From assembly GCA_964411565.1 (NCBI GenBank), contig CAYPLB010000004.1:32500-96499 (forward strand): a stretch of DNA of 64,000 nucleotides, written 5' to 3'. This DNA is from Candidatus Woesearchaeota archaeon (GTDB lineage Archaea; Nanobdellota; Nanobdellia; SCGC-AAA011-G17; GW2011-AR17). How positions within the stretch are numbered: position 1 is the stretch's first letter; each line of letters starts with the position of its first letter. A program made the position numbers and the translations under genes. Shown piece by piece: positions 26,700 to 36,888 of this stretch. Under the pieces are notes generated by a model. The model was not told where the DNA came from. It searched no databases and was given only the letters and a program-made list of their open reading frames with translations.

Positions 26700-27293
26700 T
26701 TAAATAATCTTTGTCTGCACATCCATATCAATAATTTTGTTCGCCATAAACCTTGCTTGCCTAGTAGCATATTCAAGAATTTCATCAAATCTTTCAGCCT
26801 CAGACTTAGGTAACTCAATATATTTAATTTCTTTTTCTTTCAAATATTCTTTAATCTTGCGATCAATATCAAGTTGCCATTCTCTGTCAGTAGATCTAAC
26901 TTGATCTTCAATTAATCCTTGTTCAGAAATTGGAGTTTTAAATAAAAAGTTGTAAGTTTTTGCATGATGCATTACAAAAGGTTCAATCCATTGAGGTAAT
27001 TCTTGTTCTTCATTTTCATAAGCTTCTCTAGCATAAATAAAATTGTCAATAAGACTCCTATCACAAATTACAAAATCAAATTTATCTTGATACTCTCTTT
27101 CTAATTGAGATTGAGTTAATAAAATCCAATTCTGTGCTAAAATGTTTCCATGACCTCGCCTAAAATAAGGACATGATCTTACAACCTCTCTAATAATTCC
27201 AACACTTTTTCCTTTTGCTTTTAGTACCCCAGCTAAAAAATAAATTAAAGTTGTTTTGAATGTTCCATGTGCTCCAATTAATGCTACTTTCAT
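26700..27293 (-). CDS. P-loop NTPase/nucleotide kinase-like protein (AAA_28/NadR-type)
   Basis: GAHGTFKTT variant Walker A; CDRSLIDNFIY. Confidence 0.7.
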   Translation of the reverse strand: MKVALIGAHGTFKTTLIYFLAGVLKAKGKSVGIIREVVRSCPYFRRGHGNILAQNWILLTQSQLEREYQDKFDFVICDRSLIDNFIYAREAYENEEQELPQWIEPFVMHHAKTYNFLFKTPISEQGLIEDQVRSTDREWQLDIDRKIKEYLKEKEIKYIELPKSEAERFDEILEYATRQARFMANKIIDMDVQTKII

Positions 27294-28171
27294 TTTGATC
27301 TCCTTCTAAAGTATGTTTTCACCCTTTGTTCTGCTCTTTGTCTTAATTCTGTTATTAAATGTGAACTAGGATAATCAGCTAAAAAAGGACTATTATTTTG
27401 AAAATTATTATTAACCCTTTTTTCTAATTTTTCCCTAACTAAGCTTTGTCTTTGAACTAACCAGAAAGGCAATTCTTCTCTAGGAAGCCTTATTGGATCA
27501 GGAATAAAAATTCCTCCAGAATAAGATTTAGCTCTTGGTATATCAAACTCAAAGTGACCTCTACACCTTGGCTGATAATCTACTTTACCTTGTAGTTTTT
27601 CTTCTTTAGAACCATCAACATCTCCAGTTGCAATTATAGGACCTGCGTCTTCTATAACATTACCCTCACCATCAATTAATTGAGAATAAACAGCTTTTGA
27701 CCTACAAAGATCTGAATGTTGACAAACTCCAAAATGTTTTCTAATAGTTGCACCTCTAGACAAACAATAAGCAGCAATTGGAAATATTCTTGCACCAGTA
27801 TCATTTGTTAATGCTAAAATATTCATACTTACTCTAGCATCAATTAATTCTTCAAGAACACCTAGGAAATTAGCTGTATCTTCAACCATATGAGCTTCTT
27901 CAAAAATGTAATATTCAATATGAGGTTCTAATAAAGGATAAATAGAAGTTGCATCTTTTGTATCAAAAACTTCAGCATCAAAAAATAATTTTGAAGCTCT
28001 TGAACTTAAAGCAGGTTTTTCATTTTCTCTTATTGAATTGTTTGGCCTTAAAACTTTAAATGGAACTTTTGCATATTTTAGTTTAGAAACAACATATATA
28101 CCAATTAAACCTTTACCACCAGCCATACCTCCTAAATTTGCATTGAAAGAAAATCTGTTTAATATTCCCAT
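27290..28171 (-). CDS. Divergent thymidine kinase-like protein
   Basis: GGMAGGKG P-loop, IFEEAH Walker B, Zn-lasso-like GVCQ...C..KA...YQPRCRGHF. Confidence 0.6.
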   Translation of the reverse strand: MGILNRFSFNANLGGMAGGKGLIGIYVVSKLKYAKVPFKVLRPNNSIRENEKPALSSRASKLFFDAEVFDTKDATSIYPLLEPHIEYYIFEEAHMVEDTANFLGVLEELIDARVSMNILALTNDTGARIFPIAAYCLSRGATIRKHFGVCQHSDLCRSKAVYSQLIDGEGNVIEDAGPIIATGDVDGSKEEKLQGKVDYQPRCRGHFEFDIPRAKSYSGGIFIPDPIRLPREELPFWLVQRQSLVREKLEKRVNNNFQNNSPFLADYPSSHLITELRQRAEQRVKTYFRRRSK

Positions 28172-28267
28172 ACTTACACCTTTAACAATATTAGAAAGTC
28201 AGTTTATAAAATCTTATGTACGACAATATAGAAACTTATTTATATACATGAAGACGATTTGAAGAAT

Positions 28268-28888
28268 ATGAAAATCGTACTATTAGGAAAACCAATGTCA
28301 GGGAAAGGGACGCAAGCTAAATTATTGTCAAAAAGATTAAATTTGAAACATATTTCTACAGGAGATCTGTTAAGAGAAGAAGTAAAAAATGAAAGTGATT
28401 TAGGAAAAGAAGCAAAGGAGTTTATGGAAAAAGGAATGTTGGTCCCAGATGAACTTATTATTAGATTGTTGGCAAAAGGATTATCAGATGATGATTTTAT
28501 TCTTGATGGATTTCCAAGAACAATTGTACAAGCTAAAAAATTGAATGAAATAAGAACTATGAATATTGTAGTAGATGTTTTTTGTTCTGATGAGATTATA
28601 GAAAAGAGAACAGTGAAAAGAAAAATGTGTAAAAACTGTGGAGCGATTTATGGATTAGATGTGCCACCAAAAGAAGATAATGTCTGTGATAGTTGTGCAA
28701 GTGAATTGTATCAAAGACCAGATGATAATTTAGAAACAATTAGAAATAGGTTAAAAGTTTATGAAGAACAAACTTCTCCTTTAGTAGACTATTACAAAGA
28801 AATGGGAATCTATACACAAGTGAATGGAGAAAAACCTATACAAGAAATTGTTGAGAATATTGTAAAAGAAATAGAAAAGGTTAAATAA
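28268..28888 (+). CDS. adk: Adenylate kinase (bacterial-type, Zn LID)
   Basis: GKPMSGKGTQA, HISTGDLLR, LDGFPRT, CKNC...CDSC, YQRPDD. Confidence 0.95.
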   Translation: MKIVLLGKPMSGKGTQAKLLSKRLNLKHISTGDLLREEVKNESDLGKEAKEFMEKGMLVPDELIIRLLAKGLSDDDFILDGFPRTIVQAKKLNEIRTMNIVVDVFCSDEIIEKRTVKRKMCKNCGAIYGLDVPPKEDNVCDSCASELYQRPDDNLETIRNRLKVYEEQTSPLVDYYKEMGIYTQVNGEKPIQEIVENIVKEIEKVK

Positions 28889-28910
28889 TCCTTTTCCCTC
28901 TATTTTTTTA

Positions 28911-29258
28911 ATGAAAGTATTAACTCCAAAAAGAGGCCCATTATTTGGTAAAAGAAGAATAGTTTCTAAACCTATGGCTCCAAGAGTTCAAGTGCCACAA
29001 GGAATGCAACATAAAGTTCCAATTCAAAATAAAGGAATACCTACACAGAAAATTGAAGATAAAAAATATGTTGAACATGAAGAGCCAAAAGGATTTCAAA
29101 AGTTATTGGAAAATAAAAAAATACTGTTAAGTGCAGGAATATTATTTATCTCATTAATTGCAATCGTTGTTGTTGTTGCAGTCAGTTTATCTTATACAAG
29201 TGAAGTTGTAGAAAAAAGTTCTTTGTTAATACCATTTATGTTTAGAAAAAAAGATTGA
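28911..29258 (+). CDS. Hypothetical protein with C-terminal TM helix
   Basis: 115 aa; hydrophobic ILLSAGILFISLIAIVVVVAVSL. Confidence 0.6.
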   Translation: MKVLTPKRGPLFGKRRIVSKPMAPRVQVPQGMQHKVPIQNKGIPTQKIEDKKYVEHEEPKGFQKLLENKKILLSAGILFISLIAIVVVVAVSLSYTSEVVEKSSLLIPFMFRKKD

Positions 29259-29265
29259 AATCTAT

Positions 29266-29352
29266 TTATTTCTTTCTCTTAGCATATGTTAATGCCCAAA
29301 GTTTCTTCTCGTTTACAGCATTGATTGTTTCTGAAAAAAATTTATTCCCCAT
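29266..29352 (-). CDS. Possible 28-aa microprotein
   Basis: MGNKFFSETINAVNEKKLWALTYAKRKK; TATA-like tttataaa ~25 nt upstream. Confidence 0.35.
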   Translation of the reverse strand: MGNKFFSETINAVNEKKLWALTYAKRKK

Positions 29353-29420
29353 TATAATAATAAATCAGGAATTTCCATTTATAAAGGTTTTGTAGGACAA
29401 ATATTAAACTAAAAGTTGAA

Positions 29421-30002
29421 CTATTCAGCCTCATTTTCAAGGCCAAAAATGAAAGTAGCAATCCTTAAAATAAATTCAATCAAAATTGTGAAAAGTAAGT
29501 AGTATATGATGATATTAAAGTAATCTGGAATAGATAATAAAGTATTAGGAATTGTGTCAAAAGTAAAGAATGATATGTCAATTAGAAAAACACCCAAAAG
29601 AGCAAAAGGTAGCATTTTTGCTAAATCTTTGGATAAATCCTCATTATAATAAGAAGTTATCCTAATTGAACTAACTATAGCAATTGCCACTAGTAGAACT
29701 AAAGAAACATCTTGCTTTGAAAGGAATATTAATAATAATGAAAATACTCCAAACCATAAAGCTACTAATAGTGGAAAAATAACTAAATATTCTAGAATGT
29801 ATAAGATTATAGAAAGAAATTTTTCTAACCATGCCCAAGAAGATCTTGAGGAATATTGTTGTAAGTCTAACTCAAAGATATCTCTAGTAGCAATAAACCT
29901 ATAAAATTTGAAAATGAAAATTGCGTAAACAACCATAGTAACTACAAATATTGAAAGAGGTTTTATTGTTGAAATTGCTGTATCTAAAGATAATTCAATC
30001 AT
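29421..30002 (-). CDS. Hypothetical multi-TM membrane protein
   Basis: 193 aa, five to six hydrophobic segments. Confidence 0.7.
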   Translation of the reverse strand: MIELSLDTAISTIKPLSIFVVTMVVYAIFIFKFYRFIATRDIFELDLQQYSSRSSWAWLEKFLSIILYILEYLVIFPLLVALWFGVFSLLLIFLSKQDVSLVLLVAIAIVSSIRITSYYNEDLSKDLAKMLPFALLGVFLIDISFFTFDTIPNTLLSIPDYFNIIIYYLLFTILIEFILRIATFIFGLENEAE

Positions 30003-30008
30003 AAGATA

Positions 30009-30275
30009 TTAAGAGTTAGTGAGTTTTATATAATTTGCTAAAATTTTTTCAGAAATAATCATATCTTCTAAGGCTAAACTTATTGAATTAGATTTATTTC
30101 CTAACTTTTCAGATTCAAGTTGTAAGAGATATAATTCCATAGCTTCAAAAGCAGAATCTAAATGTCCTATATGACCTAATTTAGTGATTTGACCATAAAC
30201 AATTTGATAATTACTAACTAATTCTTCATGTAGTTCCCTTAAAGCATGAATATCACTTTGAGTTTCATAAATCAT
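30009..30275 (-). CDS. Hypothetical protein
   Basis: 88-aa helical ORF with upstream TATA-like element. Confidence 0.55.
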   Translation of the reverse strand: MIYETQSDIHALRELHEELVSNYQIVYGQITKLGHIGHLDSAFEAMELYLLQLESEKLGNKSNSISLALEDMIISEKILANYIKLTNS

Positions 30276-30368
30276 AATTTTGAATTTTATGAAAGACTAT
30301 TTAAACTTTTGCTTGTATCAAACAAGAATATTGACTTTATCCTTAAGGAAATTTAATATGATTATAAA

Positions 30369-30452
30369 TGCACGAGACAGGTTTCGAACCTGCGTAGGCA
30401 CTAAGCCACTGGATTTTGAGTCCAGCCCGTTTGACCACTCCGGCACTCGCGC
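30369..30452 (-). tRNA. tRNA-Leu(CAA), intronless
   Basis: Reverse complement GCGCGAG...CTGGA-CTCAAAA-TCCAG, long variable arm, GGTTCGAAACC, CTCGTGCA. Confidence 0.95.
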
Positions 30453-30493
30453 ATAATATAGCAAGAGAAATAATTACTATTTATAAGAATTTC

Positions 30494-31132
30494 TTATTTC
30501 TTTTTTGATCTTTTCTTAGAAGTTTTCTTTTTTACCTTTTTCTTTGAAACTTTCTTTTTGAATTTTTTCTTTTTTAATTTTAGTTTAGGAAGTTTCTTTT
30601 TTCTCTTTTTTTGCTTCTTTACTTTTTTCTTTGAAGAAGATTTCATTAAACCTACAATAGAAGTTATTATTTTTGATTTCTTCTTTGTTTTTTTTGGTTT
30701 TTTAATTTTCTTAATTTTTTTCTTTTCAATTTTTTTTAATACTTCTTTAATAACAGGAATTTGAGATCTTATCTCATTTAATCTTCTTGAGTAATAATCC
30801 ATCCTAATATTATAAATTGATGCTGATAATTTGAATTTCTCAAATCTATCTCTCTGAGTATCCTTCATTAATTGTTTTATGGAAATTCTTTCAGATTGTA
30901 ATTTTTTCAACTTTCTTTCCAAACGAATTCTTCTTAACAAATTATATGAATAAAATGAAATAATTACTAAAATAATAAAAATTATTGAAAATTCTATCAA
31001 AATATTCTGAGAATAAAAATGAATAGTTATATCATCAATTATAGCCATTGATGTTAATGAAATAAAAGTCAAAGCAAATATTACATATAATAAGATTAAT
31101 AAAAAAGTAAGTTTTTTAAAATTGATTTTCAT
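30494..31132 (-). CDS. Membrane protein with coiled coil and Lys-rich C-terminal tail
   Basis: Two N-terminal TM helices; C-terminal ~80 aa dominated by Lys. Confidence 0.65.
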   Translation of the reverse strand: MKINFKKLTFLLILLYVIFALTFISLTSMAIIDDITIHFYSQNILIEFSIIFIILVIISFYSYNLLRRIRLERKLKKLQSERISIKQLMKDTQRDRFEKFKLSASIYNIRMDYYSRRLNEIRSQIPVIKEVLKKIEKKKIKKIKKPKKTKKKSKIITSIVGLMKSSSKKKVKKQKKRKKKLPKLKLKKKKFKKKVSKKKVKKKTSKKRSKKK

Positions 31133-31225
31133 AGATTATTTAATAAGATAGGTATTTTTAAAGGTAACTATTAAAGTTGAAATAATACCACAAAGTTTAT
31201 TACTAAAGTTTAATTCTAATTAGTT

Positions 31226-31906
31226 ATGTCAAAGAAGAGTGCGATTAGAGTTCAGGATGCTTGGAAAATATATAAGTTAGGAGAAGTTGAAGTTCCAGCA
31301 ATTAGAGGAATTAATATTGAAATAAAAGAAAGAGAGTTTGTTTCTATTATAGGTAAGAGTGGTAGTGGTAAAAGCACATGTTTAAACTTAGTTGGTTGTT
31401 TAGATGTGCCAACAAGAGGAAGTATATACTTAGATGGAAAAAATATTGCAAAGTTAGATGAAGGTGAACTTGCAAGAATTAGAGGAAAGAAAATTGGTTT
31501 TATTTTTCAAACATTTAATTTGATTCCAAGTTTAACAACTGTTGAAAATGTTATGGTACCTATGATCTTTCAAAATTATGATGCAAAACAAAGACAAAGA
31601 AGAGCTGAAGTACTATTAAGGAAAGTTGGTTTAGGTCATAGATTAGATCACAAACCTTCAGAGTTAAGTGGAGGAGAAAGACAAAGAGTAGCTATTGCAA
31701 GATCTTTAGCAAATGATCCAGAAGTTATATTAGCTGATGAACCTACAGGTAATTTAGATACAAAAACAGGGGAACAAATTTTAGCTTTGTTAAGTGAGTT
31801 GCATATGAAAGAAGGGAAAACTTTAATAATTGTAACACATGATAATTATATTGCTAAGAAAGCAGAAAGAATTATTGAATTAAAAGATGGGTTGGTGGTG
31901 AAATGA
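31226..31906 (+). CDS. ABC transporter ATP-binding protein (LolD/MacB type)
   Basis: GKSGSGKST, LSGGERQRVAIAR, ILADEPTGNLD, VTHD. Confidence 0.95.
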   Translation: MSKKSAIRVQDAWKIYKLGEVEVPAIRGINIEIKEREFVSIIGKSGSGKSTCLNLVGCLDVPTRGSIYLDGKNIAKLDEGELARIRGKKIGFIFQTFNLIPSLTTVENVMVPMIFQNYDAKQRQRRAEVLLRKVGLGHRLDHKPSELSGGERQRVAIARSLANDPEVILADEPTGNLDTKTGEQILALLSELHMKEGKTLIIVTHDNYIAKKAERIIELKDGLVVK

Positions 31907-33300
31907 AAAAAGGAATGATATTAGGATTTTTTATGGTTTTATTGTTAGTTAGTTTAGTTAGTGCAAGTACTAGTTCAGTTACTATAAGTACAAGTAAACA
32001 AAATGTTATAGATGTTCAGCTAATTACATTAAAATATACACCAGCACCAGTTGCACCTGGAGAATATTTTGATTTATGGATGGCAGTTGAAACTGAAGAG
32101 TCTAGTTCTACTTCTATAGTAAGTCAAAGTGATGTTGACAATATTAAATTAGAGTTTCTTGAAGATTATCCTTTTGAATTAAAAGAAGGAGAAGATACTG
32201 TTTGGGATATTGGTGATTTAGGTCCAGGAGAACAAGTTATAAAAAAGTTTGTTGTTAGAGTTTCTGATGATGCTCCAGCAGGAGATAATGAATTAAGATT
32301 TATTTATACAAGTGAAGATGATCCTAATGGTGTTTATACACCTTACTTAGATATTAATGTACAAGAAATTGAAGCTACTCTAAATGTAGAAAGTATTGTT
32401 AGTGAACCTGAAATATTAGTTCCAGGTAATACTGCAGAATTAGATATCACAATTAATAATGGAGCTACAAGTGTATTCAAAAATATAGATGTAGTTCTAG
32501 CAATTGACTCATCTGATGTTCCAATTGTACCATATAAGTCAAGTAAAGAAAAAAGTTTAGGTTTATTAGAAGCAGGAAAAGATTATACATTTAATTTTGA
32601 TATTATTATTGAAGAAGATGCTGAAGCTGGAGTTTATAAAATTCCAATGAATATAAGTTACCAAAATTCTAATGGGTCAGAATTTATTAAACAAGATACA
32701 TTTGGAATTATGATTGGTGCTGAAGCAGATTTATCGTTTAATTTAGAAGATTTTGATACTTTTCAAGAAGGAGGAAAAGGAGAAATTGTTGTTTCTGTTA
32801 GTAACATTGGACCAACAGAATTAAAGTTTATGAATATTGAATTATTAGAAAATGATAATTATGTAGTTATTGGTGCAAATAAAGAATACTTAGGGAATTT
32901 AGATAGTGATGATTTTGAAACATCAACTTATGATATTTTTGTTAATGCGGAAGATGATACAGAGTTAAATTTTAAAGTAACTTACAAAGATGCGTATAAT
33001 GAAGAGTATGAAGAAGAGTTTAGTGTGAATTTACCTGTATATAGTAGTGGAGAAGTTTCAAAATATGGTCTTGATTCAAATGGTACAAAAAGCTCAATAA
33101 AATATTTAGTTTATCTGCTTATTGTGTTATTCATATACTTTGGTTTTAAATCTTGGAGAAAAGAAAAGAAGTTAGATCTTGCAGCTAAAACAGGATTAGT
33201 TGAAATAATAAAACTACCTTTTAGAATAATACTAATTTTTAGACCAAGTAAAGTAAAATTATGGCCAATGAAGATTAGAAATTTCTTCAAGAGTTTATAA
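31903..33300 (+). CDS. COG1361-like S-layer/Ig-domain exported protein
   Basis: Signal peptide, repeated Ig-like units (P.PVAPGE, IGDLGPGE, GNLDSDDFET), C-terminal TM. Confidence 0.8.
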   Translation: MKKGMILGFFMVLLLVSLVSASTSSVTISTSKQNVIDVQLITLKYTPAPVAPGEYFDLWMAVETEESSSTSIVSQSDVDNIKLEFLEDYPFELKEGEDTVWDIGDLGPGEQVIKKFVVRVSDDAPAGDNELRFIYTSEDDPNGVYTPYLDINVQEIEATLNVESIVSEPEILVPGNTAELDITINNGATSVFKNIDVVLAIDSSDVPIVPYKSSKEKSLGLLEAGKDYTFNFDIIIEEDAEAGVYKIPMNISYQNSNGSEFIKQDTFGIMIGAEADLSFNLEDFDTFQEGGKGEIVVSVSNIGPTELKFMNIELLENDNYVVIGANKEYLGNLDSDDFETSTYDIFVNAEDDTELNFKVTYKDAYNEEYEEEFSVNLPVYSSGEVSKYGLDSNGTKSSIKYLVYLLIVLFIYFGFKSWRKEKKLDLAAKTGLVEIIKLPFRIILIFRPSKVKLWPMKIRNFFKSL

Positions 33301-34493
33301 TGAAAGATTACATTACTTTTGCAATACAAAGTATAACTCATAGAAAAGTTAGAAGTTGGTTAACTATTTTAGGAATTATTATTGGTATTGCTGCTATTGT
33401 AGCTTTAGTTTCTACTTCGCAAGGTTTAGAAAATGCAATTACAACACAGTTTGAAGAACTAGGTACAAATAGAATATATGTTATGCCTGCAGGAGGATTT
33501 ACACAAGTAAGAGGAACAGGTGAACTTACAACAAATGATGTTGATGTTATTGATGATATTGTAGGAGTTGATTATGTAACATCTTATCTTTATGATAAAA
33601 AAACTATAACTTTCAATAATGAAGATGTATTTGCAGGAGTAATGGGTTATGAAACTGAAGTTGATGCAAAAACTATGTTTGAAGGTTTAGGAGTGAATTT
33701 AGAAAGTGGAAGATGGTTTAGTAAAAATGAAAAAGGTTCTATAATTTTAGGATATAAGTTAGCTAGAGATCCAGATAATTATTTTGATAAAGAAATTGTT
33801 GTTAATAATAAAGTTGAAATTGCAGGAGAGAAATTTGAAGTTATTGGAATTGCTGACCCATTAGGTAATGAAGAAGATGATACTAATACCTACATTGCAA
33901 TGGAAGATGCAAGAAGAATTTATGATGATGAAGATGGACTTACTTTTATTGAAGTTATTACAGTTGAAGGAGTTAATATAAATAGTATTGCAGAAGATGT
34001 AGAAAGACAATTAGAAAAAGCAAGAGGAGATGAAGATTTTACAGTACTAAAATTAGAACAAGTTTTAGAACAGTTTGGAGTTATTCTAGATGTTTTACAA
34101 GTTGTTTTAGGAGGTATTGCAGCAATTGCTTTAGTTGTTGGAGGAGTTGGAATTATGAATTCTATGTATACAAATGTTTTGGAAAGAAAAAAAGAAATTG
34201 GAATCTTTAAAGCAGTTGGTGCATCACCAGAAGATATTAGAAATATGTTTGTTGTTGAAGCAGGAATGATTGGTTTATTTGGTGGAATAATAGGAGCAAT
34301 AATTGGGATATTAATTTCATTTGGAATTGGTGAAGCTGCAAAAGCTGCAGGTTTTTTATATTTAGATATACAAATTGAATACTTTGTTGTTATCGGAGGA
34401 ATATTGTTTGCATTTATTGTTGGAATGATAGCTGGTTATCTACCAGCAAGAGAAGCATCAAAATTATATCCTGTGGAGGCATTGAGAGAATGA
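33300..34493 (+). CDS. MacB/FtsX-type ABC permease
   Basis: RSWLTILGIIIGIAAIVAL, GGVGIMNSMYTNVLERKKEIG, ASKLYPVEALR. Confidence 0.93.
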   Translation: MKDYITFAIQSITHRKVRSWLTILGIIIGIAAIVALVSTSQGLENAITTQFEELGTNRIYVMPAGGFTQVRGTGELTTNDVDVIDDIVGVDYVTSYLYDKKTITFNNEDVFAGVMGYETEVDAKTMFEGLGVNLESGRWFSKNEKGSIILGYKLARDPDNYFDKEIVVNNKVEIAGEKFEVIGIADPLGNEEDDTNTYIAMEDARRIYDDEDGLTFIEVITVEGVNINSIAEDVERQLEKARGDEDFTVLKLEQVLEQFGVILDVLQVVLGGIAAIALVVGGVGIMNSMYTNVLERKKEIGIFKAVGASPEDIRNMFVVEAGMIGLFGGIIGAIIGILISFGIGEAAKAAGFLYLDIQIEYFVVIGGILFAFIVGMIAGYLPAREASKLYPVEALRE

Positions 34494-35677
34494 TTGATGA
34501 ATTTATTATGTTTAGCTGGAATAATATGAAGCATAGACAACTAAGAAGTTGGTTAACAATTATTGGAGTTATTATTGGGATTGCAGCAATTGTTTCTTTG
34601 ATTAGTTTAGGAGAAGGTTTTGAAAATGCAATTGTAGAACAATTTAATGTTTTAGGTGCAGATAAGATTAGAATTACTCCAGCAGGTTTAACAGGCCCGC
34701 CAACAGGAGTTGAAGGTTTAACTACTGATGATCTTGAAGTTGTTGAAGATGTTAGAGGAGTTGATTATGCAGGAGGAGCTATTTTTGAGACGGCGTCAGT
34801 AAATTTTGATAATACAGATGGCATGGCTTTCCTAAAAGGTGTTGATAATGATCTAGTAGAAGATGGAAAAATTGATGTTAATTTAGATTTAGAAGAAGGG
34901 GATTGGTTTAGTTCTGGAGAAAGAAAAGTTGTTATTATAGGTAATGCTTTTGCAAAAGAATATTTTGATAAAGAAATTTTAGTAAAAAATAGTATTGAAA
35001 TTGAAGATGAAAAATTTAAAGTTGTAGGAATTTTAGAAACATCAGGAGATCAAGCTACAGATGGAGTTTTATATGTACCTTTAGAAGATGCTAAAGAATT
35101 ATATGATAAAGATGATGGAATTAATTTTATTTATGCAGCAGTTGAAGAAGGTGAGGAATTAAATGAAGTTGCAGAAAGAATAGCAGATAAATTAGAAAAT
35201 GCAAGAGATGATGACGATTTCCTAATAGTTACACCAGATAGTTTGTTAACTCAATTAGGTAGTATACTTTCAGTTGTGCAATTTATTCTTGGTGGTATTG
35301 CTGCAATCTCATTAGTTGTTGGAGGTATTGGAATTATGAATTCTATGTTTACATCAGTTTTAGAAAGAACAAAACAAATTGGATTGATGAAAGCTGTTGG
35401 TGCATCTAAAGAAAAAATATTGTTAATTTTTATCATGGAAGCAGCCTTAATTGGACTTGCTGGAGGAGTAATGGGAGTTTTATTAGGATATTTCTTTGCA
35501 TTTAGTGTGCAAGGAGTTGCTGCTTTGTTAGGATTTTCATATTTGAAAATTGTTGTGTTATGGAATGTTGTTGCTTTAAGTTTAATATTTGCTTTAGGAG
35601 TAGGAGTTATTTCTGGTTTGTATCCAGCTTACAAAGCATCAGGTTTGAATCCTGTTGAAGCTTTAAGGTATGAATAG
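34490..35677 (+). CDS. MacB/FtsX-type ABC permease (second paralog)
   Basis: RSWLTIIGVIIGIAAIVSL, GGIGIMNSMFTSVLERTKQIG, ASGLNPVEALRYE. Confidence 0.93.
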   Translation: MIDEFIMFSWNNMKHRQLRSWLTIIGVIIGIAAIVSLISLGEGFENAIVEQFNVLGADKIRITPAGLTGPPTGVEGLTTDDLEVVEDVRGVDYAGGAIFETASVNFDNTDGMAFLKGVDNDLVEDGKIDVNLDLEEGDWFSSGERKVVIIGNAFAKEYFDKEILVKNSIEIEDEKFKVVGILETSGDQATDGVLYVPLEDAKELYDKDDGINFIYAAVEEGEELNEVAERIADKLENARDDDDFLIVTPDSLLTQLGSILSVVQFILGGIAAISLVVGGIGIMNSMFTSVLERTKQIGLMKAVGASKEKILLIFIMEAALIGLAGGVMGVLLGYFFAFSVQGVAALLGFSYLKIVVLWNVVALSLIFALGVGVISGLYPAYKASGLNPVEALRYE

Positions 35678-35713
35678 AAACATTTATATTATTATTTTGT
35701 TAAGTACTATGTA

Positions 35714-36826
35714 ATGAAATATGAAAAGAGGTATATTCTATTTTTTGTTATAACATTTATAGGAATTATATTTCTTTCAGTAAATCCAAGTTTTACAGGA
35801 TCTAGTATAAAAGAAGGAAGTTCTGTTAATGAAGTTATTATCGAAGATGTTCTTGCAGGAACTAGTGTTATGGATAGTTTTAATTTGCAATTTAGTGATG
35901 AAGGATTAGTAAAGGGAGAAATGTATGTTAGTGGAGAAATAGAAGATTGGATTGAAATTGAAAAGAATTTTAAAGCCTTGCCTGATGAAGAATATAATTT
36001 TCCTCTGAAAATAAATGTACCTAAAAATACAGTAAATGGAAATTATAATGCTAAATTAATGATAATGGTGGTTGAAAAAGGAGGAGTTTCTTTGTTAGAT
36101 GATCAAATTATATATTATGTTGATGTAAAGCTGAAAGTTAATAATGAAGAAAAAGAAGGAACAAATATTGGAGATTTTGAAGTGTTTGATATTGAGAAAG
36201 GAGAAAATGTTTATTATAAGTTTGAAGTTAGTAATGAAGGAAATAGAGAGATAAATGAAGTTGCAAAAATAAAAGTTTATGACAATCTAGAAGTAATTTT
36301 TGAAGAAGAAATAAATCTGAATTTATTAGCTTATGAAAATAAAGAAGTAACAGGAAGTTTAGAATTAGAATTAGAAAAAGGAAAATATAATGTTGATTTA
36401 GAATTTGGTGATGAAACAAAAGGAGAAGAATTTAATGTTCAAAAAAGTATTAAGAAAGAAGGAGAAATTGTAGAAGTTAATTTAAATGAAAATCATGCTG
36501 AAGTTTATTTTAAAAATACAGGAAATAGTGTTATTGAAGTTTATTTACATACCAAACTAGAGAATAAAGGATCAATTAGTGGAAAATATGAAGTACTTCC
36601 TGGAGAAATAAATGTACTGGAAAAAAATTATGAATTAGGAAATGAGAAGAATGAGTTTAATATTGAATTAGAAATAATGTCAGAAAATTATGTTATTGAT
36701 GAAGTTAGTGATAAAGTTTACAAACAAAATGCAGTAAGCTTAGAAGTTAACTTCTACATAGTATTTGGTTTGATATTAGTGTTACTATTTACTTCACATT
36801 ATATTTTGAAAAGGAGAAAAAAATGA
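35714..36826 (+). CDS. Exported Ig-like domain protein with C-terminal TM and basic tail
   Basis: N-terminal hydrophobic segment, beta-rich acidic body, ends FYIVFGLILVLLFTSHYILKRRKK. Confidence 0.7.
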   Translation: MKYEKRYILFFVITFIGIIFLSVNPSFTGSSIKEGSSVNEVIIEDVLAGTSVMDSFNLQFSDEGLVKGEMYVSGEIEDWIEIEKNFKALPDEEYNFPLKINVPKNTVNGNYNAKLMIMVVEKGGVSLLDDQIIYYVDVKLKVNNEEKEGTNIGDFEVFDIEKGENVYYKFEVSNEGNREINEVAKIKVYDNLEVIFEEEINLNLLAYENKEVTGSLELELEKGKYNVDLEFGDETKGEEFNVQKSIKKEGEIVEVNLNENHAEVYFKNTGNSVIEVYLHTKLENKGSISGKYEVLPGEINVLEKNYELGNEKNEFNIELEIMSENYVIDEVSDKVYKQNAVSLEVNFYIVFGLILVLLFTSHYILKRRKK

Positions 36827-36888
36827 ATGCATTAATTGGAGCTATTGTAGGCTTAATTGTTTTGATTTATATTAGGAAGAAAAAATGA
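36823..36888 (+). CDS. 21-aa single-TM microprotein
   Basis: MNALIGAIVGLIVLIYIRKKK; SD AAGGAG upstream and ATGA overlaps with both neighbours. Confidence 0.6.
   Translation: MNALIGAIVGLIVLIYIRKKK

Noticed and set aside
31226-35677. ABC ATPase, COG1361 protein and two permeases as a novel system
   Set aside because: This arrangement is common in archaea; described as features only
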